From assembly GCA_900088475.1 (NCBI GenBank), contig FLMG01001956.1:124001-188000 (forward strand): 64,000 nt of DNA. Direction: 5' to 3'. The first letter of the stretch is position 1. Every line of letters starts with the position of its first letter. The notes under the pieces were generated by a model. It saw nothing but the letters and a program-made list of their open reading frames with translations. It made no database searches and was not told the origin of the DNA. The position numbers and the translations under genes were made by a program. Origin of the DNA: Hyphochytrium catenoides. Lineage: Eukaryota > Protista > Hyphochytriomycota. Shown piece after piece: positions 11,922 to 25,100 of the stretch.

Positions 11922-13753
11922 CTATGTCGACTTCAAGTCGCCAAAGCGGGTCCGATATAAGTCAAGAAGCTCCTGCACATTCGATAGTTCCCTCCGTAGG
12001 ATACGCAACTCATCCTTTAAGTGAAAGAGCCAGCCAGGAAAAATTTAGGTTTAAAGACACGTACAGCTGCCCTTGACTTTCAGTCTCACCTTGGATGCAA
12101 GGCAGTTGATGCATTGCCGTGGGCTCGTGATTCTTCTGTCTTCTTCATAGCTGATTGCTTCCCTGAATGGAAATGGGATAGGTGGGGAGACAATAAACGA
12201 CCATCAAAATCTCTCTGCAACCGTCCTCCTCATATACCAAATTACCTGTTCCGCCTAGCGTTGAAAGAGTCCTGGATCAAAAGGGAATGGAAACTACCTC
12301 TTAGTGAGAGAACATGGAACTTAACGTAAACTTTCAAACTCCACCTACCGGATGGCGATCGTAGTAAGTTGTCTCATATTCCGTTTCACCTTCTTCTATA
12401 GCCTGTCTCTGCACTGGGATCGTCTTTTGAAGGCCCCGGATGAGTACAGCGCCTTGATCAACTAGTCAATAGTGAATGTCCTCACCCTTACTGAGGATCT
12501 ATTCAGCTCCACTGGACTTGGCTTTAGAGTGCTCACGGGGGGTAACAAGTCTCTTTGGGCTCGATGGCTCCCATTTTGGTATGTGGGAGAGTCGGACACG
12601 TTCCCTCTACGTCATAAATAAGCTATTCGGTTAGAAAGGCTTAAGGACGCTACACTCGTACGCTGTCGAACTGACCTTGAGTTCTCGCAACGTAAGGGAG
12701 ACGTAATCAGAGGGGTTCGTACGGTGATGATGCGGCCGTCTGGGTTCCGTAACGGTGCGCCGCAACCAGGTTTGCCATATGGGCTACGAACGATAGGTTA
12801 GTTGTTTGGTGTTAGTGCCAATCCTAAGGAACTGCATGAAGAATATCTTAGACTTTTCCTTACTCTGGGTCCTGTTGCTGCCATCTCATGTCAAAGGCAT
12901 CTTGTTCCGCCTTTTCTCGCGCGACACGCTCCTTTTTCTCTCTGATCTGATCTTCCAAAGAGGCCAAATACTGAAAATAGGACCATAAGTAATGGAGCAG
13001 ATCGGCCAAGTTCATTGCCCTACCGCTTGTCTCGCAGAAATCTGTGAATTTCCTATAACTGCCTTGGACGTAGAGCTGTAGGAGGTGGACGGAGGTAGAG
13101 GATTGACTTGTCGATAAGAGTCTCTATCAATATCTCTTTCCCTTTCTTTCATATCGAAAGTGCGGCTGCGACATGAAAGGTAAGCCCAAAGGCGGAAGTT
13201 CATTGGAGATTCCCTTGCTTACCCGTCATAACTTCCGAAGCTGCCCTCTTTTCCATTGTAGTCTCTCTCTGGAGGAGGAGAGATGGCCCTAAGTCCTCTC
13301 TGTCCTTCGTACAGCCTAGGTAGCGAGTGAGCTCCCTCATCGGCCATCACATCTTAGTTGAGTACACACAAGGCTCGATATCTTACCCTTCCTCCTCCCG
13401 TGTGACATAGCCATGGTCCGTGGTACTGTTAGACAGGATTCAGGTCAATTTTCACTTTTGAACATCTCTGTGAGGGAAGACGAACCCTTTTACCTGCTTT
13501 CTATTGCTTGTTCGTTCATTCGGCGCTGCCTATCTTCCCTAGTCACCTTTTCCACTGCCCTAGTCTGTTTGCTACTTGCAAGGCCATTGCTTCTCTCAGA
13601 CTCTGGAGAGGACTTTCGAACCTGGCTGCTGCTTTGTTTTGTTGTGCCCACTTGCTTTTGTGCGTTGCTGCTGTTTCCACGATTGCTTCTTCCGCTTGAG
13701 GGACGGGCCCTTTCCCTCACTGCCCTGGCAGCAGATCTCTGTATTGGGTTCAT
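11922..13753 (-). CDS. CSPP1/CCDC66-motif protein (centrosome/cilium microtubule-associated), ~11 exons, ~375 aa
   Basis: Hand-spliced with phase-compatible GT-AG introns. Exon 12970-12864 reads YLASLEDQIREKKERVAREKAEQ. The exon starting at 12783 reads DPYGKPGCGAPLRNPDGRIIT (CSPP1-type PWGKGGGGAPLRD..G..IT). C-terminus ...CINCLASKDELRILRRELSNVQELLDLYRTRFGDLKST*. Start codon uncertain. Confidence 0.8.
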
Positions 13754-14997
13754 AACGACAAAAACCTGCTTCTACTTTCTTTTCGTTTCTCTCTGGGTGC
13801 TTCAGCTTGGTATCGCGAGAACGTTTAGAAGCCCATAGGGAAGTGAAGACAGGTCCCTCTTCAGTAGGGCTCGGAACCTTCACTGGAATACTGAACCTCT
13901 AACGCTTCCAGAGGTGCGACCGAGAAGTGTGAGAGCAACAGAGAGGTCTTGACGGGCATGTACAAGGGCTTCGCTTGACCCCGGTGGTAGCTTCTCCGTC
14001 AAAGTGGCAGGACAATTGAGTTACAACGCGGATGACAAGTGGAGCAGAGGCTTGGAAAGGAGGAGGGAGGAGGTTACACAGGAATACAACTTTTGGGCGA
14101 AGAGACAGAGCATGCACTAGATACTCAAGAAAACGCATAGATGCAGTACCTCGAGAGACAGAGCGCGAAGATTGAGTACCTGCATTAATATGGCCCTCAA
14201 GAGATTTAAACCCAGCGCTCCAGCCTTTGGCCTCTGGGCACAGACTCAAACGAGCGTCTCCTTCTCTATTTCTAGGAAGAGAATGTGACTGTTGATGATA
14301 GGCCGCATGCACGCAAAGGGAAAAGTTTGCTTGACATGGCTCGGTCGTACAAGCACTACGAGGCATGCTTCTTATGCTGGACAAGGGGCTCCCGCAGGTA
14401 TCTGGTGATGGTTGCCCGAAGGAGTGAATGAGCCCGCCTCACAAGCTTCTGACACTTTTCACGCCTCTTAGCTCAACTGAACGAGTGACAGCGTAATACT
14501 GCGACCAAGCTGTCATAGCCTTTGGACGTTGCCCAAGACATGACAATGATCTTGGAATCATTCGCCTTTCAAACAGTTAGTTGACGCACGAAAGAAATTC
14601 CTCTACGTTTCCTTCTCGCAGCTTGATAAGTTCCCTTTCTTCCTATAGTCATTGCAAGGAGGATGCCGTGAATGACTGGCCTTTTATTTTATGTCAAGTG
14701 CAAGAGGACTGACTTCGCCTTGTTTAAAGGAGGTGTGGTCTGGTGTGGTTGTGGGCTACAGCCCCACCACGGGCCCCAACCCTTTTAACCGTCAACTCAG
14801 CCCTTCTTAACTATCTTCTCCGCTTGCCCCAACGAGCTTCTTAGTTCTGTCATAAGTCTTCTGCGTAAGAAGGCCTTCATCTTATGAGCTTTGGTCCCGC
14901 TCGTGACCCAGCTCGGATGCTCTCTAGAACAGCTACTCACTCTTCTAGCTCCTACTAGTCGTGCACGTAGAGGAGATCACGAGGAGTTGAGCAGCCC

Positions 14998-16528
14998 ATG
15001 AACCCCAACCGGAGGATTGGATGGCTACTGATAGGATGCCTAAAAGAAGAAGGACAACAACAGCTGACATCTTCTCCTTCCTGTTTCCTTCTTCTAGTAG
15101 GTACTTGGTGGAATCAGCAAAGTTTAAGTCTTGTACACCTCGAGGTACCTTCTCCTTGTCCTCTTAGCAAGCAAAGCGCACTGACTGACGTTCTTGTTAT
15201 CACTATTGAGCCTCCCCGATGTTCCTTCCACATCCTCTTACCAGCTTTCAAGCTACGTATAGGGTAGTACACTCTGTCGAGATTCTGCCATGACTGATAC
15301 GTAGAGACTAGCATATAGTCCACGTCTAACAGACTGTTCAAAAGTATTCATCTTCTTATTCACTTCCGATTTTATCTTTGCGCATAACATGTACCCCTGA
15401 CGTTGCCTCTTACAATCACTGGGCTGATATATGAGCCAAAAATGTACATCAAATGATGATCCGGTCACTCGCTGGCCTGTAGTGCACCAAGAAGGTATCG
15501 ACCGAATTAGATTACGCAGTAGGCGCGCCACCGTGAAGCTGTTCCCACTGTTAGTGGGCAGGGACCCCTGTGAGAACTAAGAGACAGTGTGAATTTCTAA
15601 GTGCCTAGAAAGCCGCTGTGGAGTCCGGTCCTTCGTGGCTCTGTAATGTGGGTCCCGTTTTTGAGCGATGCCATCCACCACTCCGACTAAATAGAAATGC
15701 ATTCCGCATTCGGATCTCGTGAGTCTTCCTCCACCGTCTTTGGAACCAGGAGTGTACCAGTTGCCGTGACGCGGCCGCTAACCCGACCGCAGCTGGGTCC
15801 ATTACAGCTAACTATATGATGGTATCAACCCTCTGTCATCAATTAAGGACATGGAATGAGCAAACCCTCGAAATATGGGCACGGCAAGTATGATATCCTC
15901 TCTAATGTGGACCTAGAGTGATTTAAGGGGGCCTAGCCCTAGCCTCCAGGAAAGAAGACAATGGCGCCTGCCAGCATAGACGCGGTAACGACTGAGATAT
16001 CGAAATACTATTCCCGACCATTGGACCTAGAATGTCCGAGGTGCTTTATCAAGAGGTCCGCCATTATTTATCGCTGCTCTCCGGGTGAACTTCAGGCCAG
16101 CTACACCTGGAACCTCTCTTTCATACCACGACACTATTTCCTCAACAGCCCTTGCCGGTCGACATGAAACTAAAGTAGCTCTTCATCCGGCATGCCCATA
16201 GACTTGGTGACCTTCATCCCCGACTAGCTCTTGCTATCATCCCTGGATGAGCTCACCCATGCGGTTGCTTTTGGGTAGGTCTCATATGGGCAGTCAACTT
16301 TGGTCCTCTTGGTTCAGCCAAGAAGAAGCGCCACAGCTTAGCGTCGAGATGATCTCCACAATCTGCATCCAGAGCGCCATGAGCTTCTCTCAGCAAAATG
16401 GAGTGGTAACAGTCCTGGGTCAGAAGTGTGTCTATTATGATCTCGCTACATTTATTCTAACTATCTTCTTTCCTGCCCATTCCAGATTGTCTCTGTTGAG
16501 ACATGATAAACTCTGGACCATTGTGTAG
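14998..16528 (+). CDS. Probable multi-exon hypothetical gene; exon structure only partly resolved
   Basis: The last exons join in phase: ...EIWAR-KEDNGACQHRR-ECPRCFIKRSAIIY...SPCR-SHMGSQLW...VLGQK-LSLLRHDKLWTIV*. The stop lies 124 bp from the convergent CFAP52 stop. The 5' exons are ambiguous. Confidence 0.4.
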
Positions 16529-16652
16529 CAGCATTTCCGCTTCCTTAACTTCAGAAGACGGTGGTGACGTTTTAATGGCTAAACCGGTCTACTGTCCAAG
16601 CAACCTGCCTGACGCAGTATAGCTTAGATAGAGTAAGCTTTATTTCTCTCTT

Positions 16653-19546
16653 CTACCGCTGGGCTGGCGGCTTAAGGTTCACATTCCAGATAAAGATGCC
16701 ACCGTCATCTCCCACCGAGACCAGTCGGGAGTCGTCGGGAGAGAATTTAAGACTGCGTATGGTGCCTGAATGTCCTCGGAGATCTAACACGGGCTGGGCA
16801 GACTCAAAATCCCAGACTTTGACAACTGCGTCGGTACCTAAGAGGCCAGAAAGATGAGAGCCCTTGCGATGAAGTGATGGTGCGCTAGTGGGAAATGTCT
16901 ATATTGCTAGCGTGAGATCCTAGATGATAGAGAAGCTAACGCTTAAGGGATCACCGAGCACTCCCAGGCGAGGAGATAGGGCTAAGGTAAGGTTGACGTA
17001 CCGCCTGTGGCGAAAACCTTAACTGAATGTGCAACAGCGATGCAGGTGGCCTCATCCTGATGCGCTTTGTTGATTAAGCGGACTGGTTCGGGCTTTCGAA
17101 GATCCCAGTAGCTGATTCGCTTCTCCTGCCCTACACTTAACACCTACAAGTGACCCTTTAGCATTCTAGAGCAGGCAGTAGTACCAGAGTGGAGCAAAGA
17201 ATGGGCGCATCGGCTGGAATAAGCTGCAGCAGATAGGTCATGACCCTGGACAACATAAGAATCATAGATGCAGTAGCAAAGTGGACGCGATTGTACCTGC
17301 GTTTGATTATTAGACAGAGCAACGGCATTGATACCGCCCATTCTCTGAGTATGATTAGAAATACGCTTCTCATTCTTTAGATCCCAGCAGAGAATACTGC
17401 GATCTTTCCCGCTAGACAGAGCTATTACAGACAGTAAGTCATTTGGTTGTCATTGAGGGTGCAAGCGCGTCTGGCAGGCAGGCTGAAAGACCGATCGCCA
17501 GGTGAAGACAGCCAACAATACATTCATAGGAAGACAGAAAAGCCAGGTTCCTAAGCAAGCAAAAGGAGGCTGTAAAGAAGATAGAGATCCGAAGATGCAA
17601 GAGTTACCGTGCGCGTCGTCATCGAATAACACGATGCTCGTCACTGCCAGTGTGTGCTCCTTCAAGTGTGAGATGAGCTCTCGTGAACGGAACTCCCAAA
17701 CCCTTACGTCGCCATTCATCCCTCCGGATATTATGAACCTCATGTTATGGCTCATAACCACGCTAGAGACACCGCCCACATGTGCATTGGAAATGACCCA
17801 AAGAGCATCCCCATTTTCAGACTTGTGACAGCGCACAGTTCCGTCCTCCCAGCCGGAAGTCATTACGTCCAAGTTGAATGAGAGACAAGTGGGCCGACCT
17901 ACAAGCATATAGAGCACAGTAAGCTTTGGTGGCCAAAGTCCCCGCAAGGTATAGCAAAGAGGAAACGCGAGGATCCCACCTGCAGACGAGATAACCGCCT
18001 TACTCCTAACGGTGTAGTCCACTATGTTCCATACTCGGATGCAGCAATCAAGCGATACAGTAGCAAAAAGCTCACTGCTCTCCAGATCAAAGTCCACTGC
18101 ATAAACTCAGTCATAAGTGCGAGAATAACCAGTCGAACCAATACAAGAGGTCACGTACTTGCTACTACCGCACCGATAGGGTTCTCGCTGAGGAGTGTTG
18201 CCTTCAATCCTTGTACGGTGTCTACCCTATGGACTAGCCCATTTGAAGTTCCTACTAGGAGCTCCTGACCGTCAGGGCTTGAAGAGATGTTGTTCACAGG
18301 GCCAGGTAACCTACATAATCTTATGAGTTGCATTGCCCGTGGCCTCAGCTTGATTTCAGAGCTGTATGCTGCTTTGTAACCCTGGCTTCTGCCACTTCAA
18401 ACAAATCTTAGCACTAGACTCAACCTTCGCTTCCTTTTGCAGGGTGGCATACATTTCTCGTCCCCAGTACTAACACCTTTCTGAGTTTCACGCTCTCTTT
18501 CAACAAATGGCTCACCTGATCCGCTCCACGTCTTCCATGTTAAGGTTGAAGCTTGACAAGGTACCATCCCCACCTCCGATGTAGAGGCAAATGTTATTAT
18601 TTGATTGTCTGGGCGCAGTCATAGCGCGAATGCCGCCGCTGCAAACAGAAATATATTTTGAGCCTTTGCTTTTGATGTCTACAGCTATGACACCACCGCA
18701 ATTGGCTCCTCCGTAGAGCGTACGATAGTCTTGAGAGAAGGCCAGACAAGTGAAGTCTCTGTTTTTTGATAACTCTGTACTACTGAGAATGCCCTTGTAA
18801 GGGTCGAGAGACCAGAGCACTAGCGCTTGCGTTCCCGCCGTCGCGAATTGATAGTGCCTGGTGTCTCGACCCTTGACATCTTTAGTCATTCCACCAAACA
18901 GTATCGCGTTCACTGGCTGACCTTTAGAAGAGGCATGTGCGGAGCTGACATAGCAGCCTAGGGAAATAGCATATAAGTGGGGTCCAATACCGAAGGGCAA
19001 ACAGATGAACTTCAACCTGTTTGCAGGTCCCAGATGTAGAGCTTGTTGTCATGCGCGACACCAACACTGGCCAGCAGCAGGCTGTCGTGGGAGAAAGAGA
19101 GGCTGGCAATGCCATAGTCATGCTCGGAGAATGCATAAAGCACTTTCTCAGCTTCATAGCTCCAGACAAGAACATCGGAGTTTTCTCCGCACTGGCCCGA
19201 AGCTAAAAATTTCCCATCGGGGCTAACGGAGAATGTGGTGATGTTCTCATCATGTCCACGAAAGAACCTCTATAAAGTACGCTGTCACTGCTAACACGAC
19301 AACTTTCAAAGTCGCAGGTCTCACCTGAGAATGCGGATCGTCGAACTCGCAGGCAACAATACTGCCTCCACAGGAGTATACCAAATCTGTGTCATTTGGA
19401 TGGTACCATAGCCCAGAAGTGCCGCCTGAGAAGCCAATGGCATGATCCAAGTCCATCGGGGCAAGTCTGGCTCCGGAAGGATCTATTTGGCGTTGCCCTG
19501 GCGGCTGATGACGAGCATCTGTTCGAGAGGTTGTGCTTGACACCAT
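16653..19546 (-). CDS. CFAP52: CFAP52/WDR16-family WD40 axonemal inner-junction protein
   Basis: LDHAIGFSGG...HPND, GHDENITTFSVSPDGKFLASGQ, SGWEDGTVR, NAHVGGV, SHLKEH, SVGQEKRISYWDLR, GHSGTIRSLKFSPDD...VSVGDDGGIFIW. Could be a paralog. Confidence 0.85.
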
Positions 19547-20471
19547 ATTAAGCAGCCAGTATGCTTGCTACCCTTGTTCTCTCTTTATACCAAGCGCGCC
19601 ACTCGACGGACCTCTCAGCATGTGGACCTCGAGTCAAGGTCAGGGCTACACTCCATTCAGGTCGCGCTAGAAGCTCATAAGGTGCACCTACCATCATGTC
19701 GCAGCACACAAAGTTCTTGCCCATTCCAGCTCTCCTTGAGGTCAAAGAGGGCAGCACGTCCTGTTGTCGTTCGTCCTCAGCTCCGTCGATCTGTGAGTGC
19801 AAGACGAACTCTCTCTCAGGGAAAGTGCGCGCATGTGAAGGGAAATGCCATACAAACCTAGAAAGGCCGTTTCATGACCTTTCAAACCCCCTCCAGGAGT
19901 AGTCATTGTTACCTCTGAGGCGGGTAGCGTTCGAGCTCTTTTCTAGTAATATCATAGCAGATTGATGAATAACCCGGGCCTCATATCCGAGACTTTGCTG
20001 GCTCGATATGGTTGACCGCTAACGTGCTTCTATGTCGGGTTGACGTTGGTGGTGTGTAGGAGCTTTCTGAGTCCAAAGTGATGCCAGGCAAGCCTGATGA
20101 GTCATTGATGGAGACTGACACTCTCTGCAAGATGCAGAGTAGAGACGCAGTGATGCTCCGCTGGGTCGGGTCTCAACGTCTCGCCACCCTTATTATTTGA
20201 GAATGTAATGAGTGTGGCCCTTCTCTCCAAACCCGCGAAGGAACATAAGCACTCCAATTGACCAAAGGGTGACTGGTTAGGTAAAAGAACTAGTAGCTTG
20301 AGTTCGAGGGAGAACGGGACTTGGAAGCCGATCTCGAGGGCAACTCTCTCCTCTGTCCACGGCGGCTCTTGACCTCTCTGCTCAACGATGACTATGTTAT
20401 ATACCATGAGCTAGTACATTACCAGGTAGAGGGAAAGCGTCACAGCCTATCCCCGGCCACTAGTCTTTACT

Positions 20472-21894
20472 ATGGAAGGTGAGGAAGAGTGTGACATAGC
20501 TCTTGCCTTCTCGTCCCTAGTAACCGTGGCTGATATGGCTGAAGCAGAGGTCAGTCTTGAAACCTCTTTTCGAGTAAAGCGAGGCGTGGACGCACCCCCT
20601 GTGCCGCCAAAAACTGCCTTTTTCCAGCCCACATTGGTGAGGGTTGCAGCTCCTGCCCTCCAGGAAGCGCCACGGATTGAAAGCTTAGCAGGCACCACCC
20701 TGCCTTCGTGGCAGCTGGAAGAAAAATGGCCAGCCACTGCGGAAAACCGGGAAGTTCTCAGCATCTTAGAGGGAGGAGCTGCGTACATTCCCTTGGTCCT
20801 GTCAGTGGTTATTGTGACAAGCCCCATCCCTTCGAACCCTTCAACGGAGATGATAGAGTTCCTTCTTCAATCTTTCAACTTCATACCTGGACTTCAAGAC
20901 TGTCAGAAGTTCATAATCTGTGACGGCTTCCGCGTGGGGCACGCCATGAAGGCCAAGGCAGGAATTGTTGCCCCTAACCAAGCCGAGCGCTACCTGGAAT
21001 ACATTCAAAGGTACGTGGTTGTGTTACCTGAGAAGCGGGATAAAGATGCCCCTTATAAAGGCGAAGCCAGCTGTTGCCCCTCATAAGACGAGAGACCAGG
21101 GTGTATGGGCTTGTTCCATAGAATTCCGACAAGAAGAGGGATACCAGGGGACGGCGGGTTTGTGGGTGTGCGGAAGAGGAATATCAGTGCACCACAAGAG
21201 AAGAACACCGAGTAGAGAGAGAACCTCGAGTTAGTTCACTTATGAGCCCCTCGTCCTTTGATCTTGCTGGCACAGACTTAAAGATTATGTGGAGAAGACA
21301 GAGAATCTCCGCCAATCGACCTCCATCATTACATTACCAAGCCGGCAGGGCTTCGGATGGGCTGTCCTTTCCGGCCTTAAGCTTGTGAAGACTCCCTATG
21401 TCATGGTGGTACAGCATGATCGAGCGTTTTTCCGATCCTTCGATCTACTGGGCACGCTTCGGGCTATGCAGAGGCATCCAGTAGTGAAATATGTTAAGCT
21501 ACTGACCGGGTCTACAATCAACTATCAGAGAAAAATGAAGCACAGGTATCAGTTTCACCTAGAGCCCATCAAGGTAGAAGCGGAGTACTCTTCTGCTTGC
21601 GATGACAAGAGCTCATTAGGCAGCTTTCATTTGGTTCCGCTGCTCTTTTGGTACGACAGTACGCACATCTGCGAGGTTGATCACTATATGAAATGCGTCT
21701 TCAAACGGCGGCTCGTGAAGTGCGGAGACTTTATCGAAGATACCTTTGGGCATCGCATGTTGGACGACATCAAACAGAACGGGGTGCCCGCCCATGAGAA
21801 GTATGGGACCTTTATTTATGATGATGGGCAGCCTGTGGCCATCGTGAAGCATGTGCATGGACGAAGATTTATTTCTTCTGATGACTGTGAGTAG
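20472..21894 (+). CDS. GT-A fold (GT2-like) glycosyltransferase, 2 exons
   Basis: VVIVTSPIPSNPSTEMI...IICDG; intron ~21011-21275; then GFGWAVLSGLKLVKTPYVMVVQHD (beta strand plus DxD-equivalent) and a C-terminal HVHGR. Confidence 0.7.
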
Positions 21895-22135
21895 GCGAAG
21901 GACCTAGATGCATTCCTTGCATGTTGAGAGACGCCCATTCCTCATAAACTCAAGAGCTTGGTGTCTTCCTCAAACCATCCATCCATTGACCCCTGGAGTT
22001 GTCCTTCCCAAATGTGCCCTGTCAACAAAGAACTGCTTCCAGCTGGCCAACGACAAAGCATGAGCACAGCCTCAAGTCTTCCTAAACTTCCGCTGTATCT
22101 TCGCCAAAACATATTGCTTTGAGGCTCTTACACCC

Positions 22136-25100
22136 TCAGCTCCCTAAGAAGGCATCCAAGGACGCAACTTTGACATTTTTTGTTGCATCGGGGGAGATGT
22201 TAACGGGAGACGTAGGACCCTCACCCAAGCCTTGGGTGGCAATTGTAGGAGGGCTAAACTCTGTGGCCCTCTCCTCAATCTTTTTCTTTTCCTTTTCCTT
22301 AGGCTGGAGAGTGTGCAGCAAGAGGAAAACGCGTGTATTGAGTATTGCGCCAATGGGAGTAGCAGTGTTATTCGAGCTATCGCCTATTACCTTCTTCGAT
22401 CCCTTGCTGAAGATGCTCCTTTTCACCTTCTTCTTTTCAGTGGCCGCTGGTGGTGGGCTAAGTGGCTCAGGCTCTACACCATACGAATATTTGCCCTTAG
22501 GCACTCCGTCCCCACACTTGAGCTTTATCTCCTCAAGCAGACGCTATGGGTTCAGACAGTTAGCACATACTCCGCACTGCGAGAGTGAATCACATGCTCA
22601 GGATTAGGAAACAAAGAAGCTGATGTCATACATGGCGCTCTCCTTTCTCTACATCTGGACGTAAAGGAAGCAACTTGGATGCAATTTCCACAGCCCTCGG
22701 CCCGAAATCTTCCACGAAGGCATTGACGAAGAGACTGGAAAGACTTTCGTGAAGTCGACATGTTGTTGGAGTAGAGTTACGAGCAACCGAGAGGGCAAAG
22801 GGGTGAGCGGGAAAACTGTAGCATTGAGTCTAAATTATCTGCAAGGAGATAGTTTGTATCTAACAAGCGATTGGAATTGCTCAAACCTCGAGAAGAGGAG
22901 CACTTACTCTAGAGTGTCACGGGTCATCAAGTCTTTCACAGATTCCAGAGGATGCATTTTGTCAACTATCATCCCTGAATTGCGCAATCCAGCGAGCTGC
23001 AGTACCGCTTCATAGCCCTGGAAAAAGCTCAGCAGGATCTGACCCAGTGTCAGGCAATATCGGAACAGAGAGAGAGAAGGTCAGTTGGTTCACTTTAAAA
23101 GCAGTTCCTGGTTCTAAGATCTCTATTCCACGACACCTGATAGTCTGACTCTATGATGTGATGGAATGGAGATGTTTTAGCAAAAGCTCCTTTCTTGGCC
23201 ATAAGCGTGTCAATGTACAAAGTAATAGACCTACGTATGGGACCAATGTGAGAGAGCTATTGTCGTCCAAGCGGGAACAGATGAGATCAACAGCTTTGAT
23301 GCACAAGGCTGACGCGAATTCTTTACCATACGTAAGCATTTGAAGCGGAAGGCATTATCATTTGGAAGCGGAAAGAGGATCAAAGTTAGAGCAGGGGAGA
23401 AAGGTAAAGGTGGCACATACCTCTCCATAAACTCCCGCACTAGTTTTGAGAAATAGATCTCTGTGGCGATCCAAGTTGAAAAGTCTTGAAAGTAGTCCCG
23501 GATAGTCTCCTGTAAATAGGTTCAAGTGATAAGCCTCGCGCATTAGGAGCATGGAGCAAGACGTGTAGTGCCAATACCGTCAGGGTTGACACAAGTGGCT
23601 CGTTGTTTTCCCAGGTAACAGTGAACAACTGGTCAAAGACGGCCTGACGAGCGACACGTAAGGGGGAAACACGAAGAATTAGCAAGACAGAGCGGACCAA
23701 TGCATGTCGATTGTTCCTACCTCCTGTGCTTCAGCCATCACCCGGTTGCAAAGGAGTCGCAATAGCGACACCGCGGTCTTAACGTATGCTGTGGCATAAC
23801 CAGTAGTAAGCTATAGCTCATCTTCGTCATGCTCCATACCACTCCCATATATATCCTCCGTGCGGGATAAGCTCTCTCCACCTCACACCTCTGATTATTA
23901 TTCCCCGCGGGTGAACGTGGATGAAACGAAAAGCACGTATGTGGAACTTACTTGCTGATGTTTCATCCAGGGCTTTTGTCAACCTCTCGTTCTGTTCATC
24001 ATCCAACTTGTCTGCTACAAGATCCATGATCTGAGGCACCATGTTCTACAGAATATGCACCGATTGCATGGATGAGCAACTCTAGCCATGATTCTTGTCC
24101 GTCTTTAAGTTAAAGCATGGGCTTATCTACAAGGTCTTTGCAGCTCACCTGGAATCTTTCTGTATCATTTAGGATAGCACATAAAGTCTCTACCTCAAGC
24201 GTAAGCAGAGCTTGCGAGGCCAATTTACTCTGTTGCGTCTGTTGCATCTCCCACATCACCTCACAGCAAGCCTGAGGTGTCACTCTGTCAGCACATGGGA
24301 GGCTAGAAGCGATATCTGGCAGAAATGGTTGAAGTGCAGAGTTAAATTAGGTCATACCTTGGCGACGTCAGCCAGGTGCTCGCCCGACAGGCGGTCCCGG
24401 CCAACATCAATCTGTACAGTGACGAACTTGAAAGTGTCTTCGGGAATGGTTGTGAAGAGCTTTCCTTCGTTGTTTGTCTCTACGTTGTCCTCTCGGTTGT
24501 AGATATTTTGAAGCCATTCTCTTAGCTTCGACTGCAGAAATCCAAGTAAAAGGAGGCAAAAATATTTTAGGCTCAACCCTCATAGGTCTGGAATCAATCC
24601 CATCCTACCTACCCTACCCTAATGGGAATAGTAGATAGCCTACCTTCACTTCCGTCAGATATCTGCTCATTAGTTGGCTGGTAGAAGCAACCAGATCTCC
24701 AGGTTGAAATGCCGGGTTGTACCTCTTCATCTGGTGACGAGAAACGTCGTTGTGTTGTGAGGAGTAATATCTATGAGTGCAAGCCTCTGGACGTTCCAGG
24801 TTACCTCGGTGAGGTAGTAATCTAGCCACTCAACAAGCTGTAGAGTGTCTCCGATATCTAGAGTATCCTTGCGGTCCAGTAAACCCTTTATCTACAGCAA
24901 ACCCACAATTAGAAGAAGACGCCCATGACGCTTGATGAAGACACGGTCCTTACCTGTCCGTAGAGAAGTGAAGCGTACTCCTCGCAGTATACTCTTAGGA
25001 TTTGATAGTCTTCGGGGAAACATGGAGTCATTTCGTTTTTCACGATCTCCAAGTCCATCATAATCTTGGTTGCGGTGCTGAGCGTCGATGGCACTAGAGA

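Noticed and set aside
12690-12800. CpG-rich stretch with TGATGA that looked like a snoRNA or promoter; RRM-like plus-strand peptide at 12802-12945
   Set aside because: Explained by minus-strand exons of the CSPP1-like gene.
14276-14497. Ankyrin-like fragment KGKSLLDMARSYKHYE-LLTLF via a GCATGC donor on the plus strand
   Set aside because: No upstream exon or start could be attached; too short to support.
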